A DNA stretch of 64,000 nt from Actinomycetota bacterium (GCA_014360645.1 JACIXD010000001.1:237647-301646); one strand, 5' to 3'. Numbered from the stretch's first letter, positions 43,251 through 54,265 are shown. Numbers and translations: made by a program. Notes: a model not told the origin generated them from the sequence alone.

Positions 43251-44753
43251 ATGCTCAAGCCCACGCGGCGCGACCTGGAGAACATCTTTCACTACGTGGG
43301 CGTGGTCCTCATGGTCCTCGGCGCGTGCATGGCGGCGCCTCTGCTGGCGAGCCTGGCGGCGGGGGAGTGGGCCCCCGCCCTGGATTTCCTCATCTCCGCA
43401 TGCGTGACCGCCGGGGTGGGCAACCTCCTCTTCTTCTCCACCCGCGCGAGGGGAAGGGTCACCTGGAACCAAGGCCTGGTCATCGTCGCCCTCACCTGGT
43501 TTTTCGCCATGGTCTTCTCGGCGCTCCCCCTCTACCTCGGGGGCCATTACGGGTCCTTCCTGGACGCCTGCTTCGAGTCCATGTCGGGCCTGGCCACCAC
43601 CGGCCTCACCCTGGTGCACGACCTCGACCATATGGCCTACGGCATGAACCTCTGGCGGCACTTCATCATGTTCCTGGGCGGCCAGGGCATCGTGGTGCTG
43701 GTGATCACCTATTTCATGGCCGGGACCGGCACCGCCACCCAGATGTACACGGGGGAGGGGCGCGAGAGCATCATGCCCAGCGTCATCGAGAGCTCGCGCT
43801 TCATCTGGAAGGTGAGCGTGTTCTACCTGCTTGCGGGCACCCTGGGCCTGGGGATTTGCCTCCTTACCCAGGGCATGGCCCCCGTGCGCTCCTTCTTCCA
43901 CGCCGCCTGCCTGTTCATGGCGGGGTTCGACACCGGGGGCTTCACGCCCCAGACCCTGAGCGTGGGCTATTACCACAGCCTGCCCGTGGAGCTGATCACC
44001 ATGGCCTTCATGCTCCTGGGCACGGTCAACTTCGCGGTGCAGTACGAGGTGTGGAGGAAGCGCCCCGGTGAACTGGTGCGGAACATCGAGACGCGGACCA
44101 TGACCGTGACCATCATCCTCACCCTGGGGCTGGTGCTCGCGGGGTTGAGCTTGGCCGGCACCTTCGGTTCCTTCGGGTCCGAGCTGAGGCGGGGCGTCTA
44201 CCACCTCATCTCGGGCCACAGCGGGACGGGGTTCATGACCGTCAACGGGCAGCAGATGGGGGCGAGGTGGGGCGACCTGGCGCTCTTCGGGCTCATCGTG
44301 GCCATGGGGCTGGGAGGCTGCGCCTGCTCCACCTCCGGCGCCATCAAGGCCATCCGCGTGGGGATACTCTCCAAGGAGATCAAGGCGAGGACCAAGCAGG
44401 TGCTCTCCCCCGCCTCTGCGGTGGTGGTGGAGCGCTTCCACCATATCAGGGACATGGCGATGACGGAGCGCATGGTGAGCGCGGCCCTCTTCACCACCGC
44501 CCTCTACCTTCTGCTCTACCTGCTGGGAACGGTGGTGGGCCTCTTCTACGGCTACGGGCTCACCGCCTCCGTCTTCGAGTCCGTGTCTGCGGCGGGCAAC
44601 GTGGGGCTGACCACCGGGGTGACCAGTTACACCATGCCCGCCTTGCTCAAGGTGGTGTACATCTTCGAGATGTGGGCGGGAAGGCTGGAGGTGCTGGCGG
44701 TGGTGGTCCTCTTCGTCTATTTCGTCAACCTGCTGTGGAGGTGGCGCAGGTGA
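43251..44753 (+). CDS. TrkH/KtrB family cation (K+) transporter
   Basis: 500 aa, polytopic, with the repeated pore-loop glycine motifs of Trk/Ktr transporters (ATTGLT, GGQGIV, GFDTGGF, HSGTGF, SAAGNVGLT). Confidence 0.75.
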   Translation: MLKPTRRDLENIFHYVGVVLMVLGACMAAPLLASLAAGEWAPALDFLISACVTAGVGNLLFFSTRARGRVTWNQGLVIVALTWFFAMVFSALPLYLGGHYGSFLDACFESMSGLATTGLTLVHDLDHMAYGMNLWRHFIMFLGGQGIVVLVITYFMAGTGTATQMYTGEGRESIMPSVIESSRFIWKVSVFYLLAGTLGLGICLLTQGMAPVRSFFHAACLFMAGFDTGGFTPQTLSVGYYHSLPVELITMAFMLLGTVNFAVQYEVWRKRPGELVRNIETRTMTVTIILTLGLVLAGLSLAGTFGSFGSELRRGVYHLISGHSGTGFMTVNGQQMGARWGDLALFGLIVAMGLGGCACSTSGAIKAIRVGILSKEIKARTKQVLSPASAVVVERFHHIRDMAMTERMVSAALFTTALYLLLYLLGTVVGLFYGYGLTASVFESVSAAGNVGLTTGVTSYTMPALLKVVYIFEMWAGRLEVLAVVVLFVYFVNLLWRWRR

Positions 44754-45364
44754 GAAGAGCGCTGGCGCTGGCGGTGTTCCTGGCCTGTGCCGCCCCCTTC
44801 CTCATCTGCGCGGCCTCCCCTGCCTTCGCCGGGGAAGAGGGGCGGGAGACGAACACTGCCGAGCTGCTGGAGAGGTGGCGGGAATACGACGGCATGGAGG
44901 TGGTGCTGCGGGGCGAGGCGGTGGGCGACGTCATGCGCCGCGGTGACCACGCCTGGATCACCTTGAACGATGACCATTACAGCCGGGAGGCGAGGCGCGA
45001 GGCGGGTCTGCTGAGGGGCGGCAACAGCGGCATCGGGGTCTGGATCCCGGTGGAGGAGGCGGAGAAGATAAGGGTGCTGGGAAGATATGGCAGCAAGGGC
45101 GACCTGGTCGAGGTACGCGGGGTCTTCAACTCCGACTGCCGCGAGCACGGAGGGGATTTCGACCTCCACGCCACCTCGCTGCGGGTCATCGACCCGGGAA
45201 GGGAGCTGGGCTCGGATATCGACTACGGGAAATCCCGGGGGGCCCTGATGGCCCTGCTCTTCCTCCTCGGCACCGGGGCGCCATACCTGCGCCGCCGGGC
45301 ACGGGAGTACCGCGCCGCGCGTGCTCTCCTGGCGGACGAGGAGGAGCCGCCGGCGGGACGGTGA
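44750..45364 (+). CDS. hypothetical secreted/membrane-anchored protein (signal peptide, C-terminal TM helix)
   Basis: The GTG start overlaps the trkH stop after GGAGGTGG. Has an N-terminal signal-like ALALAVFLACAAPFLICAASPAFA and a C-terminal hydrophobic ALMALLFLLGTGAPYL. Confidence 0.45.
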   Translation: MRRALALAVFLACAAPFLICAASPAFAGEEGRETNTAELLERWREYDGMEVVLRGEAVGDVMRRGDHAWITLNDDHYSREARREAGLLRGGNSGIGVWIPVEEAEKIRVLGRYGSKGDLVEVRGVFNSDCREHGGDFDLHATSLRVIDPGRELGSDIDYGKSRGALMALLFLLGTGAPYLRRRAREYRAARALLADEEEPPAGR

Positions 45365-45573
45365 CGGATTCGCCTGTATCGCCAAGCGGTGCTGCCGGTG
45401 CTTTAGCGCCCTCATGTATGGCGCCCCGGCGGAGCCCCTGCGGCCCCGGCCTTGTCGCGGCGCCACGGGGCTTCCGTGTCGCGCCGTTCCCTCCGGCCGG
45501 AGGCGCATCGGGGACGGCGGGCATGGCGCGAGACAAGATCGAAGGCGAGGGCGCCGCCCCCGCCTTCAAAACC

Positions 45574-45650
45574 TGGGGTGAGGGACGGGATTCGAACCCG
45601 CGGCCTCCGGGGCCACAACCCGGTGCTCTGCCGGCTGAGCTACCCCCACC
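45574..45650 (-). tRNA. tRNA-His(GUG) with genomically encoded G-1
   Basis: Minus strand G-GUGGGGGUAGCUCAGCCGGCAGAGCACCGGGUUGUGGCCCCGGAGGCCGCGGGUUCGAAUCCCGUCCCUCACCCCA. The anticodon loop is UUGUGGC and an extra 5' G is present. Confidence 0.8.
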
Positions 45651-45661
45651 AAGGATCCTGC

Positions 45662-45738
45662 TGGCACGCCTGGGAGGACTCGAACCTCCAACCTGCGGAT
45701 TAGAAGTCCGCTGCTCTGTCCGGTTGAGCTACAGGCGC
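45662..45738 (-). tRNA. tRNA-Arg(UCU)
   Basis: Minus strand GCGCCUGUAGCUCAACCGGACAGAGCAGCGGACUUCUAAUCCGCAGGUUGGAGGUUCGAGUCCUCCCAGGCGUGCCA. The anticodon loop is CUUCUAA, and G1 pairs with U72 (wobble). Confidence 0.75.
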
Positions 45739-45955
45739 GTGCACATGCTGAATTATAGCACCCGCCGGTCGAGGATTAAACGCGCTCCGCGGGCTTGCCG
45801 CCCCCCTCTCCGGGCTCATCACCGGCGCGAGCCCTCCCGCCGGCATGCGCGTCTTGAGCAGGACGTTTTCCCTCCTCTGCTGTCCCGGGCGGCCGTTTGC
45901 CATGCCCCGGTGCGTGTAGTAGCATATTTAGCGTTCTTTAAACGCAGGCAGGCGT

Positions 45956-46040
45956 GCGAGAGTGGCGGAACCGGCAGACGCGCCGGACTTAGGATCCGGT
46001 GGTGAAAACCGTGGGGGTTCGAATCCCCCCTCTCGCACCA
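45956..46040 (+). tRNA. tRNA-Leu(UAG)
   Basis: GCGAGAGUGGCGGAACCGGCAGACGCGCCGGACUUAGGAUCCGGUGGUGAAAACCGUGGGGGUUCGAAUCCCCCCUCUCGCACCA. It has a long variable arm and CCA is encoded. Confidence 0.85.
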
Positions 46041-46046
46041 GGAGCT

Positions 46047-46076
46047 CCCGCACCCGCACGGGGGTGGGATTTTTTT
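46047..46076 (+). terminator. intrinsic terminator after tRNA-Leu
   Basis: GC-rich hairpin cccgcacccgcacgggggtggg followed by a run of seven T residues. Confidence 0.5.
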
Positions 46077-46120
46077 CGAGCGTTTCGCGTGCAGGAAGGT
46101 TACGGGAAGGAGCGCGTAAG

Positions 46121-47554
46121 GTGGCCGTGAGAGCTGAGATGGAGGAAGTCGAGAAGAACAGGGTGCGCGTGAAGGTGGAGGTCCCCGCGGAGGAGATAAG
46201 CAGGGCCGTGGACGGCGCCTTCCGCGCCATCGCGCGGGAGGTGTTCATCCCCGGGTTCCGCAAGGGGAAGGTGCCGCGCCGGGTTCTGCAGGCTCGCCTG
46301 GGCATGGAGCCCATATACGACGAGGTCAAGCAGTCGAAGCTGCCGGAATACTACGCGGAGGCCCTCAAGCAGCTCGACCTGGAGCCCATTGACGAGCCCG
46401 AGATAGACGTGGACGAGATCGAGATAGAGGACGGCAAGCCCCTGGCCTTCGAGGCCGTGGTGGAGGTCAAGCCCCGGGTCGAGCTGGACCACTACAAGGG
46501 CGTGGAGGTGGAGCGGCCCGAGGAGGAGGTCGCGGACGAGGAGGTCGAGCGCGTCCTCGACGGCATGCGCGAGCGCTTCGCGCAACTGGAGGTGGCGTCG
46601 GGGAAGACCCTGGCGGAGGGCGATTACGCCCTCATCGATTTCAACGGCACGGTGAACGGCGTGGAATTCGAGGGGGGCAGCGCCAGGGATTTCATGCTGG
46701 AGATAGGGACGGAGAACATCTGGCCGGAGTTCAACCAGGAGCTGGCGGGAAAGCGCAAGGGGGACATCCTGGACATCAGGGTGAAGATGCCCGAACAGTT
46801 CCCCGACCAGGAGCTGGCGGGGAAGATCGCCTCCTTCAAGGTCATCGTCAAGGAGGTCAAGGTCAAGAAGCTCCCCGAGGCAAACGACGATTTCGCCAGG
46901 GAGGCGAGCAGGTTCGACACCATCGCGGAGCTCAGGGAGGACATCCGCTCCCGGCTGGAGGAGGCCAAGCGCTTGCAGGCCAAGGAGTCGGTACGCAGGC
47001 AGGCGCTGGAGAAGCTGGCCGAGGGGCTGGAGGTGGACATCCCGGAGAAGATGGTGGACGACTACGTGCACCAGCGGCGCCACGAGCTGGAGGCGCGCCT
47101 GGCCTCCCGCGGCATAGCCCTGGACAGCTACCTCAAGGCGGTGGATTACACCGAGCAGCGCATGGAGGAGGAGTTCCAGGAGGAGGCCCGCAGGCTGATC
47201 CGCAACGAGCTGGTGCTGGACGCGGTCATCCGCGCCGAGGGCATCGAGGTGAGCGACGAGGAGCTGGAGCAGGAGATCGCGCGTCGGGCGGAGATGTTCG
47301 CCGTGAAGCCTGAGGAGTTCCGCCGCGTGGTCAAGGAGCGCGGCGACCTGGAGGAGCTCAGGGAGAGCCTGCGGCGGGAGAAGGCCCTTGACCTCCTGGG
47401 CGACCACGCCGTCTTCGCCGGCGAGGGCGAGAAGGAGGAGGAGCCCGCGGCGCGCGGCGAGGAGGAATCCGGCGCGGAAGCCGCGGAGCCGGAGGCCGTG
47501 GAGGAGGAATCCGGCGCGGAGGCCGCGGAGCTGGAGAGCGGAGCTCAGGATTGA
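46121..47554 (+). CDS. tig: trigger factor
   Basis: A GTG at 46121 (after GGGAAGGAG) or the ATG at 46139 gives MEEVEKNRVRVKVEVP...GFRKGKVP, the trigger-factor N-terminal domain. The ORF-track start at 45962 lies inside tRNA-Leu. The C-terminus has an acidic, repetitive extension. Confidence 0.8.
   Translation: MAVRAEMEEVEKNRVRVKVEVPAEEISRAVDGAFRAIAREVFIPGFRKGKVPRRVLQARLGMEPIYDEVKQSKLPEYYAEALKQLDLEPIDEPEIDVDEIEIEDGKPLAFEAVVEVKPRVELDHYKGVEVERPEEEVADEEVERVLDGMRERFAQLEVASGKTLAEGDYALIDFNGTVNGVEFEGGSARDFMLEIGTENIWPEFNQELAGKRKGDILDIRVKMPEQFPDQELAGKIASFKVIVKEVKVKKLPEANDDFAREASRFDTIAELREDIRSRLEEAKRLQAKESVRRQALEKLAEGLEVDIPEKMVDDYVHQRRHELEARLASRGIALDSYLKAVDYTEQRMEEEFQEEARRLIRNELVLDAVIRAEGIEVSDEELEQEIARRAEMFAVKPEEFRRVVKERGDLEELRESLRREKALDLLGDHAVFAGEGEKEEEPAARGEEESGAEAAEPEAVEEESGAEAAELESGAQD
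47459..47538 (+). repeat. 36-bp imperfect direct repeat (42-bp period) encoding the acidic C-terminal tail of trigger factor
   Basis: gaggaggaatccggcgcggaagccgcggagccggag occurs twice, 42 bp apart, encoding EEESGAEAAEPEAV / EEESGAEAAELE. Confidence 0.6.
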
Positions 47555-47769
47555 GGGGGAGAGGGGGCCCTCGCGCGGCGCTCCGCGCGAAAGGATGCCC
47601 TCTCGAGAAGGCCCGCGGCCGGCGGAGGAGATGCCGCGGATCGGGTTCTTCGAGCGGGTATAATGAGATCATGGAGCCTTTGCCCGAAAGGCCCTCCGGG
47701 CAGGGGAGCGGTAAGGAAGGAAGGGCCGGAGAACGACGGCGCGACGCGCCGAGAAAAGGATGATGGGAG

Positions 47770-48381
47770 ATGACCAGCAGCCTGATACCTATAGTGATCG
47801 AGCAGACCAACCGGGGCGAGAGATCCTTCGACATCTATTCGCGTCTGCTCAAGGACCGCATCATCTTTCTGGGCACGGAGATCGACGACCACGTAGCCAA
47901 CCTGGTGATGGCGCAGCTCCTGCACCTGGAGTCGGAGGACCCCGAGAAGGACATCCACCTCTATATCAATAGCCCCGGGGGCATCGTCACCTCCACCCTG
48001 GCCATCTACGACACTATGCAGTATGTGAAGGCCGACGTCTCCACCATCTGCATCGGGCAAGCGGCCTCGGGTGCGGCGCTGCTTCTGGCCGCGGGGGCGC
48101 CGGGGAAGCGCTTCGCTCTCCCCCATTCGCGGGTGCTGCTGCACCAGCCCGCGGGCGGGGCGAGCGGCCAGGCGGTGGACATCGACATCCACGCGCGTGA
48201 GATCCTGCGCCTGCGCGACCTCTTGGACAACATCCTCTCGCAGCATACCGGGCAGCCCCTGGAACGGATCAGGGCGGACACCGACCGCGACTTCATCATG
48301 AGCGCGCAGGAGGCCAAGGAATACGGGGTCATCGACGCGGTGATCGAGCGCAAGGCCGAGGAGGAGAACAAGCTCAAGTAA
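47770..48381 (+). CDS. clpP: ATP-dependent Clp protease proteolytic subunit
   Basis: 203 aa with the Ser-His-Asp triad context ([26 protein letters not shown]). A TATAAT at 47657-47662 lies upstream. Confidence 0.9.
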   Translation: MTSSLIPIVIEQTNRGERSFDIYSRLLKDRIIFLGTEIDDHVANLVMAQLLHLESEDPEKDIHLYINSPGGIVTSTLAIYDTMQYVKADVSTICIGQAASGAALLLAAGAPGKRFALPHSRVLLHQPAGGASGQAVDIDIHAREILRLRDLLDNILSQHTGQPLERIRADTDRDFIMSAQEAKEYGVIDAVIERKAEEENKLK

Positions 48382-48814
48382 GGGACCGCGCGCGGCTTGG
48401 GCAGGGTGTAGGCCGCCGCGGTTGCTTTCCGTATCGCGGGGATCCGGGAGGGGATGGAGAGGACGCGGCGGGACCGCAGCTGGGAAAAACGGCGGCATGT
48501 CCATGGGTTCCAGAGCCGCAGGGAGAGGAGAAAGCCGGGGTCGCGGTCGCGCGGCGCAAAAGTGTTCGTCCCCGCGGGACGATAATATTATTGCCGTGAG
48601 CGGTCTCGCGGGGGACGGCGGGAGTAAAGGAACGAGGGAAAAGAGACGATAGGATTGGTTGTTCCCGTCGGCTCTCCCGCCCGGGCGGGAGGCGGGGACC
48701 AGGTTCCCCGGGAAGGTAGGGGGACGGGCGGGCAAAAGGCCTTTCCGGGCGGCACGGGAGCGTGGCGAGAGCTGGGCAGGGCCCGGAGAGGAAATGGAGC
48801 GGAGGTAGCGATAG

Positions 48815-50077
<1,263 letters not shown>

Positions 50078-50280
50078 CCATTCCCGCTCTGGCAGGTGGC
50101 GTCCTCTCCCCATCAGGCGTCATGGCGAGCCCTTGCATGACATCGTGGCGATGAGCTGTCTGCTCAGGAACGGCGATCTCCGTGCGCCCGCCTCGTCGCA
50201 TTGAGCCTGACTGCCCATGACTCCAGCCAAACGGCAAGCCCTCTTCGGCATGCCCCCGGCGGCCCCCCGTTACCGCGTTA

Positions 50281-50309
50281 TTGACCGCGTTGTAAACAAA
50301 TATTATATT
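50281..50309 (+). promoter_or_regulatory. sigma70-type promoter (TTGACC-17 nt-TATATT) for the large surface protein gene
   Basis: A near-consensus -35 and -10 with 17-nt spacing sits in a local AT-rich patch about 110 nt upstream of the ATG at 50420. Confidence 0.45.
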
Positions 50310-50419
50310 TGATATATTAAATGCATATCCACCGATAAGGGAAAGCCGGCAGCAGCCCTAAGGGCTCGTGGCACCCATGCGCCGGGATGTTCTCAGGGCT
50401 AGGGATTTTTGGGGGGGAA

Positions 50420-53400
50420 ATGAAAAGATCAAGAGCAACAAGGCGCTTTGGCGTGCCCGCGTTCGTCCTGGCCATGGGGCTGCTTATGATGACCGTGCCC
50501 TTCGCGGCGGCGGCCCCCTCTCCCGGAGGGGCGGCGGCCATCGGGGCCGGGAAAGGCTTCTACGGTGATGTCACCGTGCCCGGCGAGGTCTGGGAGCCCT
50601 GCGCTCCGGCCGGCATATCCGCCCTGGATGTGGAGCAGATCGAGGCCGCCGGCACGAGCACGGCATACGCGGTCATCGACAATACCCCGGGCAAGGTCAT
50701 CAAGACCACCGACTATGGAGATAACTGGCAGATCATCGATCTTGCCGCGGGCTTCGGCTGGACGGAGCATATATCGGTGGTGGACGCGCAGACGGTCTGG
50801 GTGGGCAGCGTGCATAACCGGGAAGAGGACGTGGCCATCACCACCGACGGCGGCGGCAGCTGGGTATATGCTTACAGCCAGCCCAACCAGGCGGACCTGG
50901 AAGCCACCAGCTCCTTGCATGCCTGGGCCGCCGGCAACTTCTATGGTGGTGGGGGCTGTTTCATCAGGGAGACCTTCAACGGGGGCGCGGACTGGAGCCA
51001 AGTGTACGGAAACGCGGGGAGCTGCTACGATGTCGAGTCCACCGACTCGAACAACATCTGGGCGGTGGGCAGCATCTCCTTCAAAGGATGGATCGCGCAC
51101 TGGGACGGCTCCAGCTGGAACTTCATGACCCCCGATGGCCTGGGCACCCAGGAGCTCAGGGGCTGCTGGACGCTGGACTCCAACAACGCCTGGGCGGTGG
51201 GGGGAAACAAGATCATAAGGACCGCGGATGGAGGGGACAACTGGGAGGTTTACACAGCGCCGGACGGCGTCGATGGCCTCAAGGACATCTGCGCCCTGAG
51301 CCCCGTCATGGCCTTCGCCGTGGGCTCGTACGGAGCCATCATCAAGACCACCGATGGCGGCGAGAGCTGGACCCGCATGTACGTCCCCACCGGCGAGCAC
51401 CTGAAGAGCGTCTACGTCGTGGACCCCACCCACGCCTGGGCGGTGGGGACGAAGGGGACCGTCCTGCGCCTGGTGCAGGCCAACACCCGGGAGGGCAGCG
51501 ATATCACCGTGGGCCTGGGGGGCGGGGATTCCATCACCTTCTCCAGCGTGACCGCGGCCGGGAACACCATCAAGTCGCCGACAGAAGAACCCACCGGCGA
51601 GGAGTTCGACTACCACTTACCCGTGAGATGGTATGACATCTCCACCAGCGCGTCCTTTTCGGGGACGGCCGAGGTCAGGTTGTCCTATGGTGACGATTAC
51701 GGGTTTGACGAGGAAGGGTACCGCCTGCTGCACAAGACCGGCGGCGGATGGGAGGACGTCACCACCGGCGTGGACACGGAGAACAATGTGATTTCCGGCC
51801 GGGTCACCTCGCTGTCGGACTTCGCGATCATCTACCCCCTTCCCAAGATCAAGAGCATCACCCCCGATTGGGGCATGCGGGGGAATACCTACGACGTCGA
51901 CATCAATGGCTACGGTTTTTGGGAAAAGGTGGGGGAGAAACCTGACGTGAAGTTGAAGCTCGGAGAGACGACCATCGACGCCGCCGATGTCGTGGTGCAC
52001 GACCTCTACCACATCAGCTGCAGGTTCCACCTGCCGGAGGGCGCCACACTGGATTTCTGGGAAGTGTATGTCAAGGATCCAAGCCCCGACGATTACGAGA
52101 ACACTTTTTGGGGTTTCAGGATCGTGGAGAACCCCCCGCCGCCTCCCACCATCGCTTCCATAACGCCCAGCTACGGGGCCAGGGGGACCGCCGTGAACAT
52201 CAGCGACCTGGCCGGCACCGGTTTCTGGTACACACCCGCCGTCAAACCAACTGTCAAGCTCACAAGGAGCGGCCAGCCGGATATCTCGGCCAAAAGCGTC
52301 GTCGTCTACAGCGGCACCAAGATAAAATGCACATTCGACATACCCCCAGACGCTTACTCGGGGCCCTGGGACGTCACGGTGGTGAACCCCGACGGCCAGA
52401 GCGGGACCAAGGCCGGGTGCTTCATGGTCACCGGGGGCCTGCCGGCGCCGACCATCGACAGCGTCACCCCGGACTGGGGCGTGCTCGGTACCACCGTCAC
52501 GGTCACCATATCTGGAACCGGCTTTTGGGGATCTCCGTTTATCGCGATCCTGGGGTCCGACCCGGGCCAGAACGCCATCTGGGCCACCAATATCGCGGTG
52601 CAAAGCGACACCACCATCACCTGCGATCTTAATCTCATCGCCAACCGCAAGCCGGGCACCTACGACATGCTGCTCAGGAACCAGGATAACCAGGAAGTGA
52701 CCAAGCCAGGGGCTTTTGCCATCAACTCGGCCGCGCCCGCCATAGCTTCCCTCTCACCCTCGAACGGACATACGGGCACGGAGGTGACCATCACCGGCAC
52801 CGCCTTCGGCGCCTCCCGCTGGGACTCCTACGTCTCTTTCGGGGGCGTGCAGGCCACCGAGTACACCTCCTGGTCGGCCACGCTTATCAGGGCCAAGGTG
52901 CCGGCGGGCGCGACGGGCACGGTTGACGTCAAGGTGATCACCGATTGGGGGACCTCCAACGGGGTGGCCTTCACCGTGTTCGGCAACCCGCCTCCCACCG
53001 TGACCTCCATCACCCCCAACAGCGGGGCGCAGGGGAGCAGCGTGGCGGTGACCGACCTCGTGGGATCGGGCTTCTACGGCACCCTCACGGTGAAGCTCAA
53101 GAGGACGGGCCAGCCCGACATCACCGCTACCGGGGTCACGGCGCAGAGCCCCACCAGGATAACCTGCAACCTGCCCATCCCCTCAGGAGCGGCCACGGGA
53201 GCCTGGGACGTGGTGGTCAAGAACTCCCAAAACAAGGAAGCCACCCTGGTCGGAGGCTTCACCGTGACCTCCGGCGGGAGCGGGGGCAACACCCCCGCGG
53301 GCTCGGACGTGGAGGTGGACCTGGGGGGCGGGGTGGAAGCCGCCTTCTCCGGGGTTAGCGGGGGCGGCAACACCACCGCCACGCCCCAGCCCGACCCCAG

Positions 53401-54265
53401 CGTGGCAAACTACCATATCCTGGGAGGAAGCTGCTACGACATCACCACCACCGCCACCTACACCGGCACCATCCTGGTCACCCTCCCGTACGACGAGGCC
53501 GCCCTCACCGTGCCGGAGAAGAGCCTGCGCATGCTGCACCGGGAGGGCGGCGAGTGGGTCGACGTGACCAGGAGCGTGGATACCGCGCAGGACCGCATCA
53601 CCGGCGAGGTCACCTCCCTCTCCCCCTTCGCCATCGGTTGGAAGGCGGCGAACGTCTGGTACCTCGCCGAGGGCTGCACCGAGGGGGGCATGAAGACCTG
53701 GGTGCTGGTGCAGAACCCCAACGACGGCCCGGTGAAGGTGGACCTCATATTCATGACCTCCGGCGGCAAGGTGGACGGGCCCCAGGACTTCGAGATACCC
53801 GGCAACTCCCGCCACTCCTTCAACCTCGGGGAGCTGGTCACGGACTGGAACGTCTCCACCAAGGTGGTGAGCGAGGGAGGGGACGTCATCTGCGAGCGCG
53901 CCATGTACGGGAACGGCGACACCTGGGCCCACGACTCCATCGGGGTGACCGCGCCCGCCCCCGTCTGGTACCTCGCCGAGGGCTGCACCGAGGGGGGCAT
54001 GAAGACCTGGGTGCTGGTGCAGAACCCCAACGACGGCCCGGTGAAGGTGGACCTCACCTTCATGACCTCCGGCGGCAAGGTGGACGGGCCCCAGGACTTC
54101 GAGATACCCGGCAACTCCCGCCACTCCTTCAACCTCGGGGAGCTGGTCACGGACTGGAACGTCTCCACCAAGGTGGTGAGCGAGGGAGGGGACGTCATCT
54201 GCGAGCGCGCCATGTACGGGAACGGCGACACCTGGGCCCACGACTCGGTGGGATATACGCCTTGA
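50420..54265 (+). CDS. large secreted cell-surface protein: signal peptide, BNR/Asp-box beta-propeller-like region, five IPT/TIG Ig-like domains, and a tandemly duplicated ~103-aa C-terminal domain
   Basis: Signal peptide MKRSRATRRFGVPAFVLAMGLLMMTVPFAAA. BNR-like repeats (DYGDNWQ, TTDGGGSW, NGGADWS, TADGGDNW, TTDGGESW). Five IPT/TIG-like units (e.g. IASLSPSNGHTGTEVTITGTAFG, ITSITPNSGAQGSSVAVTDLVGSGF). Two near-identical C-terminal repeats beginning WYLAEGCTEGGMKTWVLVQNPNDGPVKVDL. Confidence 0.7.
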   Translation: MKRSRATRRFGVPAFVLAMGLLMMTVPFAAAAPSPGGAAAIGAGKGFYGDVTVPGEVWEPCAPAGISALDVEQIEAAGTSTAYAVIDNTPGKVIKTTDYGDNWQIIDLAAGFGWTEHISVVDAQTVWVGSVHNREEDVAITTDGGGSWVYAYSQPNQADLEATSSLHAWAAGNFYGGGGCFIRETFNGGADWSQVYGNAGSCYDVESTDSNNIWAVGSISFKGWIAHWDGSSWNFMTPDGLGTQELRGCWTLDSNNAWAVGGNKIIRTADGGDNWEVYTAPDGVDGLKDICALSPVMAFAVGSYGAIIKTTDGGESWTRMYVPTGEHLKSVYVVDPTHAWAVGTKGTVLRLVQANTREGSDITVGLGGGDSITFSSVTAAGNTIKSPTEEPTGEEFDYHLPVRWYDISTSASFSGTAEVRLSYGDDYGFDEEGYRLLHKTGGGWEDVTTGVDTENNVISGRVTSLSDFAIIYPLPKIKSITPDWGMRGNTYDVDINGYGFWEKVGEKPDVKLKLGETTIDAADVVVHDLYHISCRFHLPEGATLDFWEVYVKDPSPDDYENTFWGFRIVENPPPPPTIASITPSYGARGTAVNISDLAGTGFWYTPAVKPTVKLTRSGQPDISAKSVVVYSGTKIKCTFDIPPDAYSGPWDVTVVNPDGQSGTKAGCFMVTGGLPAPTIDSVTPDWGVLGTTVTVTISGTGFWGSPFIAILGSDPGQNAIWATNIAVQSDTTITCDLNLIANRKPGTYDMLLRNQDNQEVTKPGAFAINSAAPAIASLSPSNGHTGTEVTITGTAFGASRWDSYVSFGGVQATEYTSWSATLIRAKVPAGATGTVDVKVITDWGTSNGVAFTVFGNPPPTVTSITPNSGAQGSSVAVTDLVGSGFYGTLTVKLKRTGQPDITATGVTAQSPTRITCNLPIPSGAATGAWDVVVKNSQNKEATLVGGFTVTSGGSGGNTPAGSDVEVDLGGGVEAAFSGVSGGGNTTATPQPDPSVANYHILGGSCYDITTTATYTGTILVTLPYDEAALTVPEKSLRMLHREGGEWVDVTRSVDTAQDRITGEVTSLSPFAIGWKAANVWYLAEGCTEGGMKTWVLVQNPNDGPVKVDLIFMTSGGKVDGPQDFEIPGNSRHSFNLGELVTDWNVSTKVVSEGGDVICERAMYGNGDTWAHDSIGVTAPAPVWYLAEGCTEGGMKTWVLVQNPNDGPVKVDLTFMTSGGKVDGPQDFEIPGNSRHSFNLGELVTDWNVSTKVVSEGGDVICERAMYGNGDTWAHDSVGYTP
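53654..54250 (+). repeat. 309-bp tandem duplication (2 copies, ~99% identical) inside the surface-protein gene
   Basis: Copy 1 starts at 53654 and copy 2 at 53963. They differ at only about 2 nt over ~290 bp and encode duplicated ~103-aa domains. Confidence 0.9.

Noticed and set aside
48382-48814. Unusually long (~430 bp) clpP-clpX intergenic region as an ncRNA or element
   Set aside because: It contains a few small GC palindromes and a TAATAT box, but no repeat, coding or recognisable RNA signature that I could support.
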